A model generated the notes under the pieces. That model saw only the letters and a list, made by a program, of their open reading frames with translations, was not told the DNA's origin and searched no databases. The position numbers and the translations under genes were made by a program. Positions 1 through 13,700 of a stretch of 64,000 nt of DNA are shown here, in pieces. The stretch comes from Nageia nagi (lineage: Eukaryota > Plantae > Pinophyta). Position 1 is the first letter of the stretch. Every line of letters begins with the position of its first letter. The DNA lies in contig JBITNC010000001.1 of assembly GCA_050084985.1 (NCBI GenBank), forward strand, positions 3,782,001 through 3,846,000. Direction: 5' to 3'.

Positions 1-861
1 TCTTCCACTATCTCTAATATGAGCAATAAAAGAATGCCAAATGGCACTTCTTATTGTGTGATGTTCCTTTTATATATATATGTTTTTTTTTCTAGCAAAC
101 CCTCAACAAAAAAATGCAGAAATAAATTGCAGCAATAAAACAACTCAGAAATTGTTCATAAAATAACACAAGTATGAGGAGAAATCAGCCAGTATCATAT
201 ATTAAATATTGCCAAATCAATACAACAGCTGGAATGGACAAATGGAGTCCCCAAGGAACTCAAAATGCAGATACCAACTCCCACAAGTGGGACGAACTGA
301 CCCCAAGGCTGAACTGATGCAAAAACTCGCCAATATTGACCCCAAATACAAGCATAGAGTTTGGGGCTGCCAACAGGTCTGAAACACATGTCACAAACGC
401 TCCCAAGAATGCCATGAACTTCCCAAATTGAGTGAATCCCTTCACCAAAAATGCCATGAACCACTCATAGATGCCTTTTTTTGTATTTTTGATATTTTAG
501 GGCAACAACACCTCCAATGATTATGCCAAGACCCCAACCATGCACCTCCAATGCACTATGGGAATGAGCAAGACCTACAATCTCAACTCATGGAAACTCT
601 AGGGTTTCAATATTCAATTCTGATATCAACATAACATGCCCAAAATGGGATGCTCACTTCCTTTTATATGATGAGGTTCTAATTTGGAGTTGACATCTCC
701 CAACCCTAAAATCACTTAAAGTGCCCTATTACAACATAAAAACATAAAACATAAATAAACACAACTCAAGTTATGTATCCTAGTCACATGAACCCTTTTT
801 TTCACTTTTATAATTAAGTGTAAGAGACATTTAGAAAAATATTTATTTTTGGGACATTACA
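1..861 (-). mobile_element. 3' LTR of a Ty3/gypsy element (runs off the window)
   Basis: On the - strand a polypurine tract (TTGAGGAGGGTGGACT) directly precedes TGTAATGTCCC at 861, downstream of integrase/chromodomain coding sequence. Confidence 0.8.
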
Positions 862-2130
862 AGTCCACCCTCCTCAAATTGCTTGTCCTCAAGCAAAGTC
901 AAAGCTGGAGCATCTAAAATTTTTGCACCTTCCCAAGTAGCATCCTCTATAGGCAAGTCTTTCCACTTCACAAGATATTCTTGATAGTCCTCCTCCTAAG
1001 CTTTCTCTCCCTTGTCTCAAGGATCAATTCAGGTTCAAGAATGAGCTTTCTTTCATCATCAAGGGGTGGCAAATCTGAAGATGGCTGAATATGTTTGCCT
1101 AAGGCCTTTTTCAAGCAAGAAACATGAAAAACATTGTGTATCTTACTCTTACTTGGAAGTTCCAAAGCCTATGCAACCTGTCCAACCTTACTAATCAACT
1201 TGTAAGGCCCATAGAACATGGGTTTTAGCTTCTCTGCTCCACTCTTCTTCAATGTGGATTGTTTGTAGGGCTGCAACCTAACATAAACCAAGTCACTCAC
1301 CTCAAATGAGCGCTCTCTATGATGCTGATCTGCATACTTCTTTTGCTGCTTTTGTGCCATAAGAATATTGTCATTCAAATCATTAAGAATATCTTGATTT
1401 TCTGCTGCAAAGTCTCTAGCTTTTTGGACCCTTGAATCACCAAAAATCAGATCTGAAAAGTATGGGGGATCATAACCATAAAGTGCCTTGAATGGAGACA
1501 TTTTTCTGGACATATGATAAGTAGAATTGTAGCAATATTCACCAAGGTGCAGCCATTTAACCCATGCATTTTGTTGACCTGAAACATAATTTCTCAAATA
1601 TCTTTCAAGCTATTTGTTAACAATTTTAGTTTGCCCATCAGTTTGGGGATGATAGCTAGTACTAGGAGTCAATTTAGTATCACATAGCTTAACCAATTCC
1701 CACCAAAACATGCTCAAAATTTGCTGTCCCTATAACTCACAATGGATTTAGGCAAACTATGCAATCTGAAAACTTCTTTAAAAAACAAATCAGCAACTTG
1801 TATGGCTGTATAGGTTATTGAAATCGCATAGAAATGAGCAAATTTTGTCAATCTATCAACAACAACAGATATGCAATCCCTCATGTATACCTTGGGCAAA
1901 CCGGTAATGAAATCCATGGAGATACTTTCCCATTCCTGATTGAGATTAGGAAGTGGTTGAAGTAAACCAACTGAAAATTCATATTCTCCCTTGTTTTCTT
2001 GGCAAATAACACATTCCTGAACATGCAAGAAAACACCCCTTTTCAAACCTTTCCAATAGAATCTTTCTCTAACCTGTTTGTAAATCTTGTGGAAACCTGG
2101 ATGGCCTACAAGTGGAGCATCATGCATGGC
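862..2130 (-). pseudogene. Ty3/gypsy (chromovirus-type) integrase plus chromodomain, frameshifted and 5'-truncated
   Basis: Motifs HDAPLVGHPGF..CVICQENK (HHCC zinc finger), WESISMDFITGLP, VVVDRLTKFAHF, KLKPMFYGPYK, HNVFHVSCLK, and a VKWKDLPIEDATWE-type chromodomain. Confidence 0.92.
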
Positions 2131-2134
2131 TGTG

Positions 2135-2990
2135 ATTAACGGCCTACAAGTGGACATTACATATTGTACCTGAGAAGGGAAGAATCCCAAGGTAGTAATT
2201 TGGAAGGTGACCCAAGGAAACTTGAAGAGTGTTCACAACACAATATTGGGATCTAACAGGAACATTAAAGAAATAGATCCTTGATTTTTCTTTATCGACT
2301 ATTTGCCTAGATGTTTGTCATAAAAATTAGTAAGTCCTTGAACTTCTTGGCCTTCTTAGCACTAAATACCCCAAAAATAGGGTGCTATCCATGGACTATA
2401 AATGAGTAATCCATTCCATACGGGAATTAATCCTTAGGCCATGAATGGGGCCTAGATCTCGAGAATTTGTGAGCATGCTCCCCAAGGATTATGTTAAAAT
2501 GATAAAGGGATGGAGGAAAAGGGGATCTCCTGATTCGAGGCCCCTATTTGCAATGAAGAAACGTTGCAGAACACCACTAATCATAACGAAACTTTTAATA
2601 CTCCCAATCTATCTAGCCTTTAGCCAAACTAATTTTATCAATAAGGTTAGCTAGGAAATGCCAACATATTTGATCATAACCTTTGTTGATGTTTAGTTTG
2701 AGCAATATTCCTCTCCTCTTCCTTGTAGATAGAAAGTGGACTCTCTCATGTGCTAAAATGCCACTATCTAAGATCCGCCCATTGAAGAGGAAGCCTTCTT
2801 GTTCTTCCTTAATAAAACCCAAGCATACTTTTAGCTTGTTTGCTATATCTTTGGTGAGTCACTTTTAGATGTATTGCATAAGTTATGGTGCGAAAGTCGG
2901 CCATCTTCTCACTAGTCTCGTTCTTGGGAGGAAGAGTTAAGGAAGTTGAATTCAACTCCTTAAGATCCTCTTTTCTCATCACCACTAAGA
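2135..2990 (-). mobile_element. degenerate L1-type LINE reverse transcriptase fragment
   Basis: LNSTSLTLPPKNETSEKMADFRTI, QEGFLFNGRILDSGILAHERVH and GILLKLNINKGYDQICWHFL, followed by a degenerate RG..GDP motif. These resemble plant L1 RT domains. Confidence 0.8.
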
Positions 2991-3085
2991 ATAGCATTAA
3001 AATCACCACACAACATGAAGTTTTTGCAATTACCAAATTGACCAATGAAAGTAGAATTTCAAACACATATCTCAACTTAAGGGTG

Positions 3086-3336
3086 TGTAAAATTGTTAAA
3101 AATTAGAAGCATGCAAGCGGAAGCAAAGACAACAATAACACATGAGAATTTATGTGGAAACCTTACTATATGCAAGTAAAAGCACATGGCAATGGAAACT
3201 TTGATTTTTTATTATCCATAATGAACTTTAACACTTTTGCACTATACAAATGCAAGGGGTTATCCCCCTTTTATAGGAAAAACAAATGAAGATTCCAAAA
3301 ATAGTGATACATATAAAAAATTATGTTTTATCAACA
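3086..3336 (-). mobile_element. possible short LTR remnant
   Basis: TG..CAACA bounds and a CCTATAAAAGGGG TATA-like box on the - strand. No TSD could be confirmed. Confidence 0.3.
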
Positions 3337-3963
3337 ACTACATTTATTTAATGCTGCATTCATTAATTGCGAGGATCACATGTCTTACGCATTGTATGAT
3401 ACGATTGATTGCCAAATGCCACACCACCATGCGCCACTCAAGCGAAGAACATTGGAGATTTTGGATATTGACTTCACCTCCTCACAAAAATTGAGCCATA
3501 TACATTGAACAAATGAATTGCATGTGTTATTATTTGTTGGGTGGAGACAACTTTCTCAAAATGAGTCTTTTTCAAGCTTTGGATGACCATCCTTACTGCA
3601 TTGCAAAGAAACGTGGCTCCTCCATAGACACCATTTACACCAATGCATAATTGGTTGTAGCCTATGTCTATATTATTCTTTAAATTCTATCTATTTATTG
3701 CCCCCAAGTTTAGTTTCTTGAATATATACATGTTCTAGTTGCAAAGTCACTACCTACCTTTTAAGCCTTCTCTTTTAGGGGCAATGAGGCCCTTGAGATT
3801 TCAAGACATGATTTTCATTTTTCCTTCGTAGGATTACCCTCATTCCATGAGGATGATCATGCTCATGATCTTTTGTTTCCCCTTATCAATTTGCACTTGA
3901 CTATCCCTCATGAGTTGCTACACCTCTTTTAAGCACATTTTCTTTGCCTTTTCCATACCTATG

Positions 3964-6900
3964 TGTTGTGCCCGCACAACACACCCCAAGATGCAGCATT
4001 TTCAGGACCTTATTTTTGCAAAGGCAATGAGGTGCATTGCTTTGAGATTGGCTTTTGGTGACAGATAGTTCATTCTGAAGAGTGCATATACGATATTAGG
4101 GAGCGATTTAGGGAGATCATACGAAGAAGACCCTGAAGAGTATCAGATTATCCAGCTATCAGTTTTGTAGCCAAGGAGCCAGGATCTGAGAGCTATTGAT
4201 AGAGCATGGCTAAGATGGGGTCGTTTTGGTCAAATTTGAGCTCGGAAATGGTCAAAGTGGTAAAAATGTGTGTTTTTGCAGTGTTTGAGCTTGAAAGGCT
4301 CAGAAATGATCAATAATGCAAAGTTGAGCTCAAAATGTGCAAAAATGCTCGAAAGTGTCGGAAATGACCGAAAATAATCATTTTGCACACTTTGAGCTTG
4401 AAAATGTTTGAAATACATAGTTTAAGCTTGGAAATGATAAAAAATTTAGAGTTTGAGCTCGGAAGTGCCGAAAAGTATGTTTTGGTCGAGTTCAAGCTCG
4501 AAAAGGATGGCAATGATCAGATTGACACGGAATTGATCATGAGTGTTATGAAACAGCTAATACTACTAAAGATGGTGCACAAAGACTATTCACAGGATGC
4601 TGCGAGACAGTTCAATGTGCTATACTATCTATTATGGAGCTTTCAAGACTCCCAACTCTAGAGGATGGTGTTCCTAAGCAGTGAGGACAGAGTTTGATGA
4701 CAAAGGGAGATGAAGAGTATAGTTTCAAACATATTTGGGCTTGGAACTTTTTAGTTCCGATCAAAGGAGCTCCCTAGGGAATGAAATCAAGAAATAAGAG
4801 TTTTGGCTTCCAAGAAGTGTGGAGTTGAGCTAAGAAAAAATGAGTTTTTTCAAACAAGTTGAAATGAAAACCTGAGATAAAGATGTGATGCCAAATGAAA
4901 ATTAGGCAACTTTGCTCTTGGAAATTTTGAAAAAACTTAAGTTTTGCCCTTCGAAATACTAGGGGGGAGTTTACCAACTTTTGGCTCTTTTTTCATGATT
5001 CTTGAAAAAGGCCTATCTTTCTCAAAACCTGCGCCTACCTTTTGGGAGGTCTAAATTGATCCAAATTTGAAATTTTTGAGCTTGGGAGCATGGAGAATGC
5101 AATTCTACATCAAATTGGTCTTTCAAGTTTGCAATTTCGACAAGATTTGCTCCCTCAAAAGTGGAAAAATAGAAAAATGAGTTAAGAGGAGTAAAGGGCA
5201 ACCGATAGAAATGCTTGAAATTTTCCAAAATTCAAAATTGTCAAAATCTAAATCTAAGAGAAAGGTGTGATGCCAAATCTAATTTTAGGCACCTTTGCTC
5301 TTGGAATTTTTGGAAAATCACAAAAGTACCTCCCTAAAATGGCAAAATCTTGAAAATGGCCTATTCCGCCCAAAACCAGCGCCTACCCTTCTTGCACCCC
5401 AAAATTGCTAAAAATTGGAATTTTTGATCATCATGAGGTGTAGGATGGGATTTCACACAAGTTTGATGATTTGAGTTTTTCAAAAAAGTGAGATTTAGTC
5501 TTCCAAAATCATCAAAAAGTGATAAGCCAATGAGAGAGCTCGAAAATTTTCCAAATTTTCAAAAGTTGGCAAAATAAAAAAAGAAGAAAGAGGTAGGGTG
5601 GCAAATCCAAAGTTGAGCAACTTTGCTCTTGGAATTATTGAAAAAAACTCAAGATTTGCCCTTCAAAAAGTTAGGGGGGGATTTACCAAGTTTTGGATCT
5701 TTTCAAAGCTTCTCCAAACATTCCCAAAACCTTGAAAACCTGCACCTAGCATTATGGGGGCTTAAAGTTTGTTAAAAGTGAAATTTATGAGCTTCATGGG
5801 GTGCAAAATTCAATTCTACACCATTTTGGTCTTCCAAGTGCATGATTTGGACAAGAAAAACTCCACCAAACCATGGATTTGTCCTCCAAAATGGACAGAA
5901 TCAGAAAAAAGGAAAAAATAGAAACTTCCAAATGAGCAAAATTTTGAGTTAAGATCCAAAATTTTAGAAATCAATTTTGATGATTGATTTGAGCACCCAT
6001 TTGCATTGTGTGATGTTCCTTTTGTACTATAATAAATAATTGTAGCGTCCGAATAGAACATCTTAGTAATGTTCCTTTTGTCTTAGTTTTGTCATTAGCG
6101 GGATGTAAAACTTGGGATAGGAATTAATGGGTCATTGACCCCACTTGTGAGCCCCTAGTGGGACGTTTCCCTCCCAAGTATAGTTAGTTACTCCAATAGT
6201 GTTCCTTTTGAAGAGAGTTTGCCACAAGTCTTGGAGAGTTGATTTGATTTGTTCTTTGGATAGGGCATCTCGTGGGAAACGTTTTGACAGGTTACATGAC
6301 ATGGTTTTATTAGGAAATGAAGGAGTTATGATCTCTTGAAGTTTGCCAATCGGATCAGTATTCTACCTCGTGGCCGCCCAGGGAAATCTAGAAACATCTC
6401 CATATTGACCCCTTGAGATATGATGTCCCACTCCTTGGGATATGAGTAAGTTGTGGATTATATTTAGTAGATTTAATAATAATAATGGGACCACTTGCAT
6501 AAGTTGTAATACATGATTCCAAGGCTAATTAATGATTGTAAATGAAATATTAGTCTCCAATAATGAGGTGTTGCATATCTAGCCATTGGATCTTGTGATT
6601 ATTGGTATCCCTAGGCAACGTTGGACTAGACAGGCATGTGCATGATTCCTAGGTGAGATCTAAGAGAAGGCTATATTAAGGAGATCCACACCATTGCTAG
6701 AATATACTTGATTATTATACTTTCATACTGTCCGTGGACATCAAGACTTAGCAGTGCTAAGTAACTTTGCCTAAACACAACATCGAGAGGGCACTCCGAC
6801 TGAGGGATCCGGTTTATCTACGACTTAGGTGGAGCACCTATCCCATCTATTGGTATTCTAAGACCAAGTTCCTGCCACTCGCATGGCTATCCAGATTTGA

Positions 6901-9213
6901 GGAGGCTCCTTTGTCGAAGAAGAACTAGGTTGTGAGGGAACGAGGCTGTCTTAGGTTCCGTGTCCATCTAGTAGTGAGGTTTTGCATCATTCGGCCCATA
7001 TCAGCTCCCAAGAGGTTGACGTCAGCCCATTAGGGCTTGGTATTGTATCATTGTCCGAAATTTATCATAAATATAGCCAGAGGGCATCGGATCTCATTGT
7101 TGTGTTGTTCCTGTGCATGTTTTGGCAATGTTGAGCATAATTGTGCATGTATGGATAATTTGTTGTTGTTGTAGACTTGTTTGCGTTGTATATTCATGTT
7201 TGTGGCCATTCGTTGGCATTGTGGAGTATTATTGAGCCTAGGAAGGCTAATGTAGGCATACTAGGGTTTGTGGTTTGCATATTGATGCCCTAGTTTGTGG
7301 GTTTTAAAGTGGAATTAATTGTTTTTGCTTGAGATCCTGTTTGGATCATCACACATTGTGAAGAAAAATGGTTTAGATCTAAAAACGTGAAGGAAAACAC
7401 AAAAAATTCTCAAGATTCAAATCTAAAGGCTGAAAATCTTCACTTTTCCAAAAAAAGGAAAAAATGAAAAAAAATAAAAATTGAAGATCATGCGTAGAAT
7501 AAGGATCCAAACACTTTGGCTTTTGAAATTTTTGAAAAAAGAGCAAAATTATGCCCATCATGCCTAGATGCTCATTTTCCAAGTTTTCCAACCTTTCGCC
7601 TCTTTTCTCAATATTGGGTATGAGTAGGAAACTCCAAAAATGCAAAAACACCTTATGGAGCCTCCAAAATGCCCCCTTATAAAAAAGCTCCAAATCCAAT
7701 GCCTAAAAGGTCCAAATCCTCTCAAAACTTTCCAGATACCTTAAAATCCTACCCTTCATCCATCCATGAGGTCAAATCCACTTTTTAAATTTTTTCCAAA
7801 TTTTGGACCCCCCTTTTCCGAAAAAAGACCAAAAAATCTACTTTTTAAAAAAAATTTCTTAGAATTCCTTGAAAATTTGCCAGCATGATCACATCAAGGG
7901 CAAATCCAGATTGAAAGAAAGGAGCTTAGAAGATTGACGAACGGATCCAGAATGGTGATTTGAAGCTCCAAATTTTGCCAAATTGATGCAAAACATCTCA
8001 AAATCCATGCCAGAGGGCATCAATTTTTGTAAATATTTTATTTCAAGCATATTTTAGTGGGATGAGCATTGTTCTCCCACTAAATGACTTTGTAATCTCA
8101 ATTTAGCATACAAATTAGCATTTTAATGTTTTTTTAAAGAATTAGGGCAACACTTGAAAAAATTCCCAAATTTACCTATAAATAAGAGGCATGGGGTCTT
8201 ATTTTCACCAGAGCTCATTTTGTGAAAAAAGTGACTTTTGTAAAAGAGGAGCAAATTGATGTATCCTTGCACAACTCTTTTATAAGCTAATACAAAGTGG
8301 TTAAGGCAAAGATCGAGCTTTTTATCCATTTGTGGTGTTGTGAATTGATTCTTAAGGATTATCATTGTTCGTTTGACACATTCGCATCCTTCCTTTGAAA
8401 ACTAGCGAGTTTTAGGGAAAGTATCATTGCTTTATTTTTCTAAAGTGTTGGAAACCAATCTTTGATAGTTGCTTGGTTCATAGCATGCATGTAGATGAGG
8501 TATTCTGAATCTGTTTCCTGTTTTATGACATCAAACTAGAGGTTTACATCCAAACTCTTGTTCTTCCCACGTTCTTTCACCACATCCATTTCATTACATC
8601 GGTCCTGCTTGCAGAGTACCGACAATCAACATTCCTACCCGCTCCTCTTTGTAACAACTCGAACAATAGTTGTTTGTTTGCAAAGTTGGATGAATTGGAT
8701 GAAATCCCTTAACTGATTCGAAAAGGATGAACTTTTTAGACAATGCTTTATCGTGGTGACCAGTTTGCTATCTGACCAAGTATCCGTTTTTGTTACACAA
8801 GTGGTCTCTCACTTTCCAATATTTTCTTTATGCTTTCAAAACCCAAATAAAATTGTTAAATCCACACACAAATATTTCGAATAAACTCTATACATCAAAT
8901 AAAAAACGTTGGTTAACAGGTTGCTACCTCTCATTCCATACATTTTTCCATTGAGGCTGATTCCAAAGAGGGATACCACACATACATTATCTATCCCTAC
9001 ACAGAGACACTTGCGCAAGCGTTGGATTTGGCTTGGCAAGCATACCTACAACATCAGAGCATTGAGTAGGTGTTTCGACAAGAGCCTTGGAGGTATAAAG
9101 TCCTTGTCAAACGAGAGAATTGATAACGCTTTTTCGACTATGTTACTGGGGAGTTCCTAAATCCTATACGCAATTTTCAGAGAGTCGTTGCGGGAAAGAA
9201 AAACATCCCAAGA
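3964..9213 (+). mobile_element. hairpin-ended element, copy A (no ORF; contains a nested solo LTR)
   Basis: Starts TGTTGTGCCCGCACAACA and ends CATCCCAAGA. Perfect TSD CTATG (3959-3963 and 9214-9218). TATA-like CCTATAAATA near 8175. Confidence 0.9.
6009..7353 (+). mobile_element. solo LTR nested in copy A
   Basis: TGTGATG...CATCACA ends with perfect TSD CATTG (6004-6008 and 7354-7358). The empty site is visible in copy F near 56550. Confidence 0.88.
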
Positions 9214-10764
9214 CTATGTCTGTGGCTTTCAATTTGCATTCAAACTAAGATATTGCAATGACTTGGGAATTCATTGAATGGACCCCTTGTAGTTTCTTTC
9301 CTTAGAATGATACCATGGATATTAAATTTCACCCTTGCTTTTGTTGAGGACTAGGAGAAACCCTTAAGAGCTGAAAGAAAGTCAAGGTTTTGAGTTTTAC
9401 CTCTCCTTGACCCAGCCATTTCTCTTTTCCATTGCATTGAAGCATCCTTTTCCATAGGATTTAGGGTCTTATTGATATAACCTTTACTCATTATTCCCTA
9501 TGGTAAAGTCAAAACTAGTCACTGCCCTAGAATCCTTGCTCGGGCTGGTCAAAATATCCTCTAGCATCTTCAAATCAAGCTTGTCATTGATGAGCGTTGG
9601 CATTGTTGTTGAGACCATTGAGAATATTTCTGATTTCTGATGGTAATCTTTTACCAAATGTTTCGGCTCCTTAAAGAAGTCCATTGGCACTACAATGGAT
9701 TTCTCCCCATTTCCTTGTGTTGAAGTTTTCCCTACATGGCCTTTTGATTCTAGGTTTTAATATTTGTCTCAATCTTCCCACTCACATCATTGGTAGGGGT
9801 TAGGGGTTAGATTTATTGGTGCATGCAAATCTTCTTTGATATGCTTTGTTCTTTTGTTTTACTTTGGAGGTATGCACAAACATTTCCCCTTGCCCTTAAG
9901 CGATCCCTCCATTGCAAGAAGAGTTTATCATTAGCCCCTCTCTAGGATTATGGGCAATTGTTACGAATATGAACCACTTCATGATATAAGTGACATCAGA
10001 ACAAAAGATTTTCATAGTTCAACAACTTATTCTTCTTTTGACCCTTCCATTCCAACAAGATATCCTTTGATTGGGGCTTTCTTAAATCCATGTGCACACT
10101 TACTTTGACGTAAACCCTTGCAACCTATGAAGATCCTCTTCCCAAAGTTATTGTTTTTCCTAGGGCATTCCAAATCTCCACGAAAGTATCAAAGATCCAT
10201 TACTCTTTTCCAATTCATATAACCTAACCCAAACCACATTTACCATAGGGTTTGACTTTGGAGCCCATAAACCCTAACATCCCTCAAAGGCCAAAACTCA
10301 TTGAAATGTACAATGAGTGCCCTAGATTCAATCAAATCCTTCTAGAGCTTGACACTAATTGGAGCATTGTCCAAGAAAGGTTTCAACTTCTTCTCACATT
10401 GTTTAACAACATTGTTAACCAAATCATGTGCAAGAGTAGAAGTAACCAAGTCTTGCCTCCAAACATCCAATACCATAGATAAGAGTGGCTGGTAAATATA
10501 ATCACTTTCATTTATGAACAAAATCATAATGTCCCTCATGGTTGCAATAACATTGTTAGCATGTTCTCTAGCTAAAGCAATAAAATGCTGAAACATTCTG
10601 TAAATCATCTCATCCATGTCCAAATCTAACATGATGTTGCCCATTTCAGTTTTTGTAAATGATTCAAGTATGGCAACTCTCCTAGAAAAATAAAAACTTG
10701 TGACATCTCCCAAACTTTCGAAACTATCAACCAACATTCCAATTATTGTTCTCAATGTGTTATG

Positions 10765-13700
10765 TGTTGGGAAGGAAACCTTTCCTCTTACTTGGCGATC
10801 GTCCATACAATCAAGATGGGAAAGCAACCCAACATGTAGGTGAGAACGCGTTACTGAACTCCTCTTGTAAGGACTAATACCCCAAGGTTTCTATCGAAAA
10901 GCTCGTGCTGTTAATACGAGCTATGAATTGTGTAGGTTTTGTTTGGAAATCAACTGAGTTGTGTAATAGAGGTAATAACTGTCAACTTACGTTTTTTGTA
11001 AGGATTGAGGTGTTTTATCTTATAATAGTTCAAAAGTTGCATATGTTTAAAGAAAGTGTAAAATAGAGAAAAGAAAAAAGGGACGAGAATGTTTCGAATA
11101 CTGGTGAGATGACAAAGAAAAGGTCACAGTGAAGCAGTGTCTAAGGTCACTTACTTCTGGATCATTCAAGAAATTTCATTCGAAGTTCTCCAACCTAAAA
11201 ATAGAATAACATAAGTTTAATCTATTCTTAAGAGGAGCGGGGAGGAGAGCTGATCGTCGGTACTCTGTAAGCAGGACCGATGCAATCAAAAGAAAGACAT
11301 GACAAGACAAATATGCACAAACTTCATTTCGAATGAAAAAATCTAATTTGATGTCATAGAAACAAGAAAAGCTGAGAATACGTTCACTTACTATGCAAAT
11401 TATAAAAGAGCAACGATTTGAGAGATTCAAAAACTTTTAAAAATTTTCAGAAATTTTTCCTAAAATTTGAGAATTTTCAAAGAAAAGTGTGAAAGATTCT
11501 AAATCATCTCAAAAAGCTCCAAAATGGTCAAATCCACAATCTCACAAATGACAAATCTCTTTGTTTCAAATATTCCACCACTTTGTATTAAATTTGTGCG
11601 ACAATTACAAGGATACATCAATTTGCCAATTTTCCACAAATTTGCACTAAAACTTTTTGTGCACTAAAAACATTCTGCCTCAAAAGTAACCCCCTATGGT
11701 CTATTTATAGACCTTTTAGTTCAAATTTGAGGGTGTTCCTCTAATTTCTAAAAAAGCTTCAAAATTGCTAATTTGAATGCTAAATTGAAATTACAATATC
11801 GTTTTAGTGGGAGAACAGCCTAATCCCACTACAATATGCTAAAAATAAAATATTTACAAAAATTGATGCCCTCTAGCATGCATTTTGAGGCATTTTGCAT
11901 CAATTTGGCAAAAATTGGAGCTTCAAATCCTCATTCTGGAACCTTCTAACAGTTGGTTGAGTTCCTTCTTTCTTTGAATTTGGATTTGCCTATGATGTGA
12001 TCATTGTGGCAAATTTTCAAGAAATTTTGAGAGAATTTTTCGAGAAAGTGGATTTTTTGTTCTATTTTTCGAAAAAGATGGGGGGGTCCGAAATTTGGAA
12101 ATTTTTAAAAAAATGGATTTGAGCTTATGGATGGATGGAGGATAGGATTACAAGGTATTTGGCAAGTTTTGAGAGGTTTTGGGAAGGATTGGAAGTTTTT
12201 GGCAATTTTTTCCTTTTTCATGTCTATGGATTCTAAAAGATAAAAAAGTGAAATTTCCATATGAATGAGAAATGCCTCCAAGATTTTGAGACCTTTAACT
12301 TGCTCAAATTCAAAAATTCTCAAGTTTAAAGATGCTTAGAATCACTTTCTATGTGATGAAGGTAAAATTTTCAAATTTTTAGCAAAATTTGTAAATCCTT
12401 CTCAAGTTAGGCGTTAGTTTTCACCTCATTGGAATTCCATACACTTGAAAAACTGTGACTAGCTATTTGGTGCCTTTAGGTTGCTCAAAATTGAAAATTT
12501 GGAGTATTAAATGTGCTCAAAATGCCATTTTCCTTGCAAATATGTCAAAAATTTTGATTTTTGGGCAAAATCTTCACATTCTCCCATGTTAGACGCCAAT
12601 TTTCAGGTCTATGAATTCCCAATGACATGGAAATCTGCACCTTCCTTTTTGAGGGGTTTCCATGGCCAAAAATAAAAATTTTCAAGTGTTAAATGTGCTA
12701 GAAATGCCTTTTTCTATGCAATGAAGGGATTCAACTTGACTTTTGAGTGAAATTTGTCAAAATTTTCCAACCTAGGTGCCAAAATTCAGTTCTATGGATC
12801 TTCAATCAGCCCCAAACCTGCGCCTAGGCTTTTGTGCCTCCAAACTTGCTCAAAAATGAAAATTTGCAAGTTTAAACCTTCACAAAATGACCTCTTTTAC
12901 ATACTTATGTCCTCAAACTTGATTTTTGATGAAATTTGCACTTTTCCCTCCAAGTTAGGCGTTAGTTTTCACTCCTATGGTTTTAGAAAAATTAGGAAAA
13001 CTGCGCCTAACTTTTAGGTGCCCAAAAATAGCTCAAATTCAATTTTTCCAAGATCTAAATGTGCTCCAAATCACCTTTTTGAACCAATGAACCCTTCAAA
13101 CTTGTGTTTTAATCAAAATTTATTCCTTTTCCTTATGCTAGGCGCCAAAACTCATCCCATTGGCTTTCCATAGCCTTGCAAACCTGTGCCTAGCCATTAG
13201 GCGTCCCAAAATTGCTCAAAACTGAAATTTTTGAGTTTTAGATGTGCTTAGAATAGTCTTTTCCTTGTTCCCAAGCACTTAAACTTGAATTTTATCAAAA
13301 ATTTATCTTTTCCTCTCATGCTAGGCTCCAAAAATCATCCCATTGGATTTCCATACAGCTAAAAACATGCGCCTAGCTTTTTGGGCCTCAAAACTTGCTC
13401 AAATTCGAAAATTTGAAGTATTAAATGTGCTTGAAACCCCTTTTTCCATCAATCCATGCCTTTGATTTGGTCTTTTGGTCAAAATCCATTTTTCTCCTTC
13501 AAGTTAGGTGCCAAAATGCAATTCTATGGATTTCCAATCACTTGGAAACATGCGCCTAGGATTTTAGGGCATTTCCATTGTTCAAAATAAAAAAGTTATA
13601 GACCTAAAGTGCTTTAGAACGAGATTTTACATGTATTCAAACCATCTCCCTTGATTTTTGAGATTATTTGCATTTTTCCTTTGCTAGCTAGGCGCCAAAA

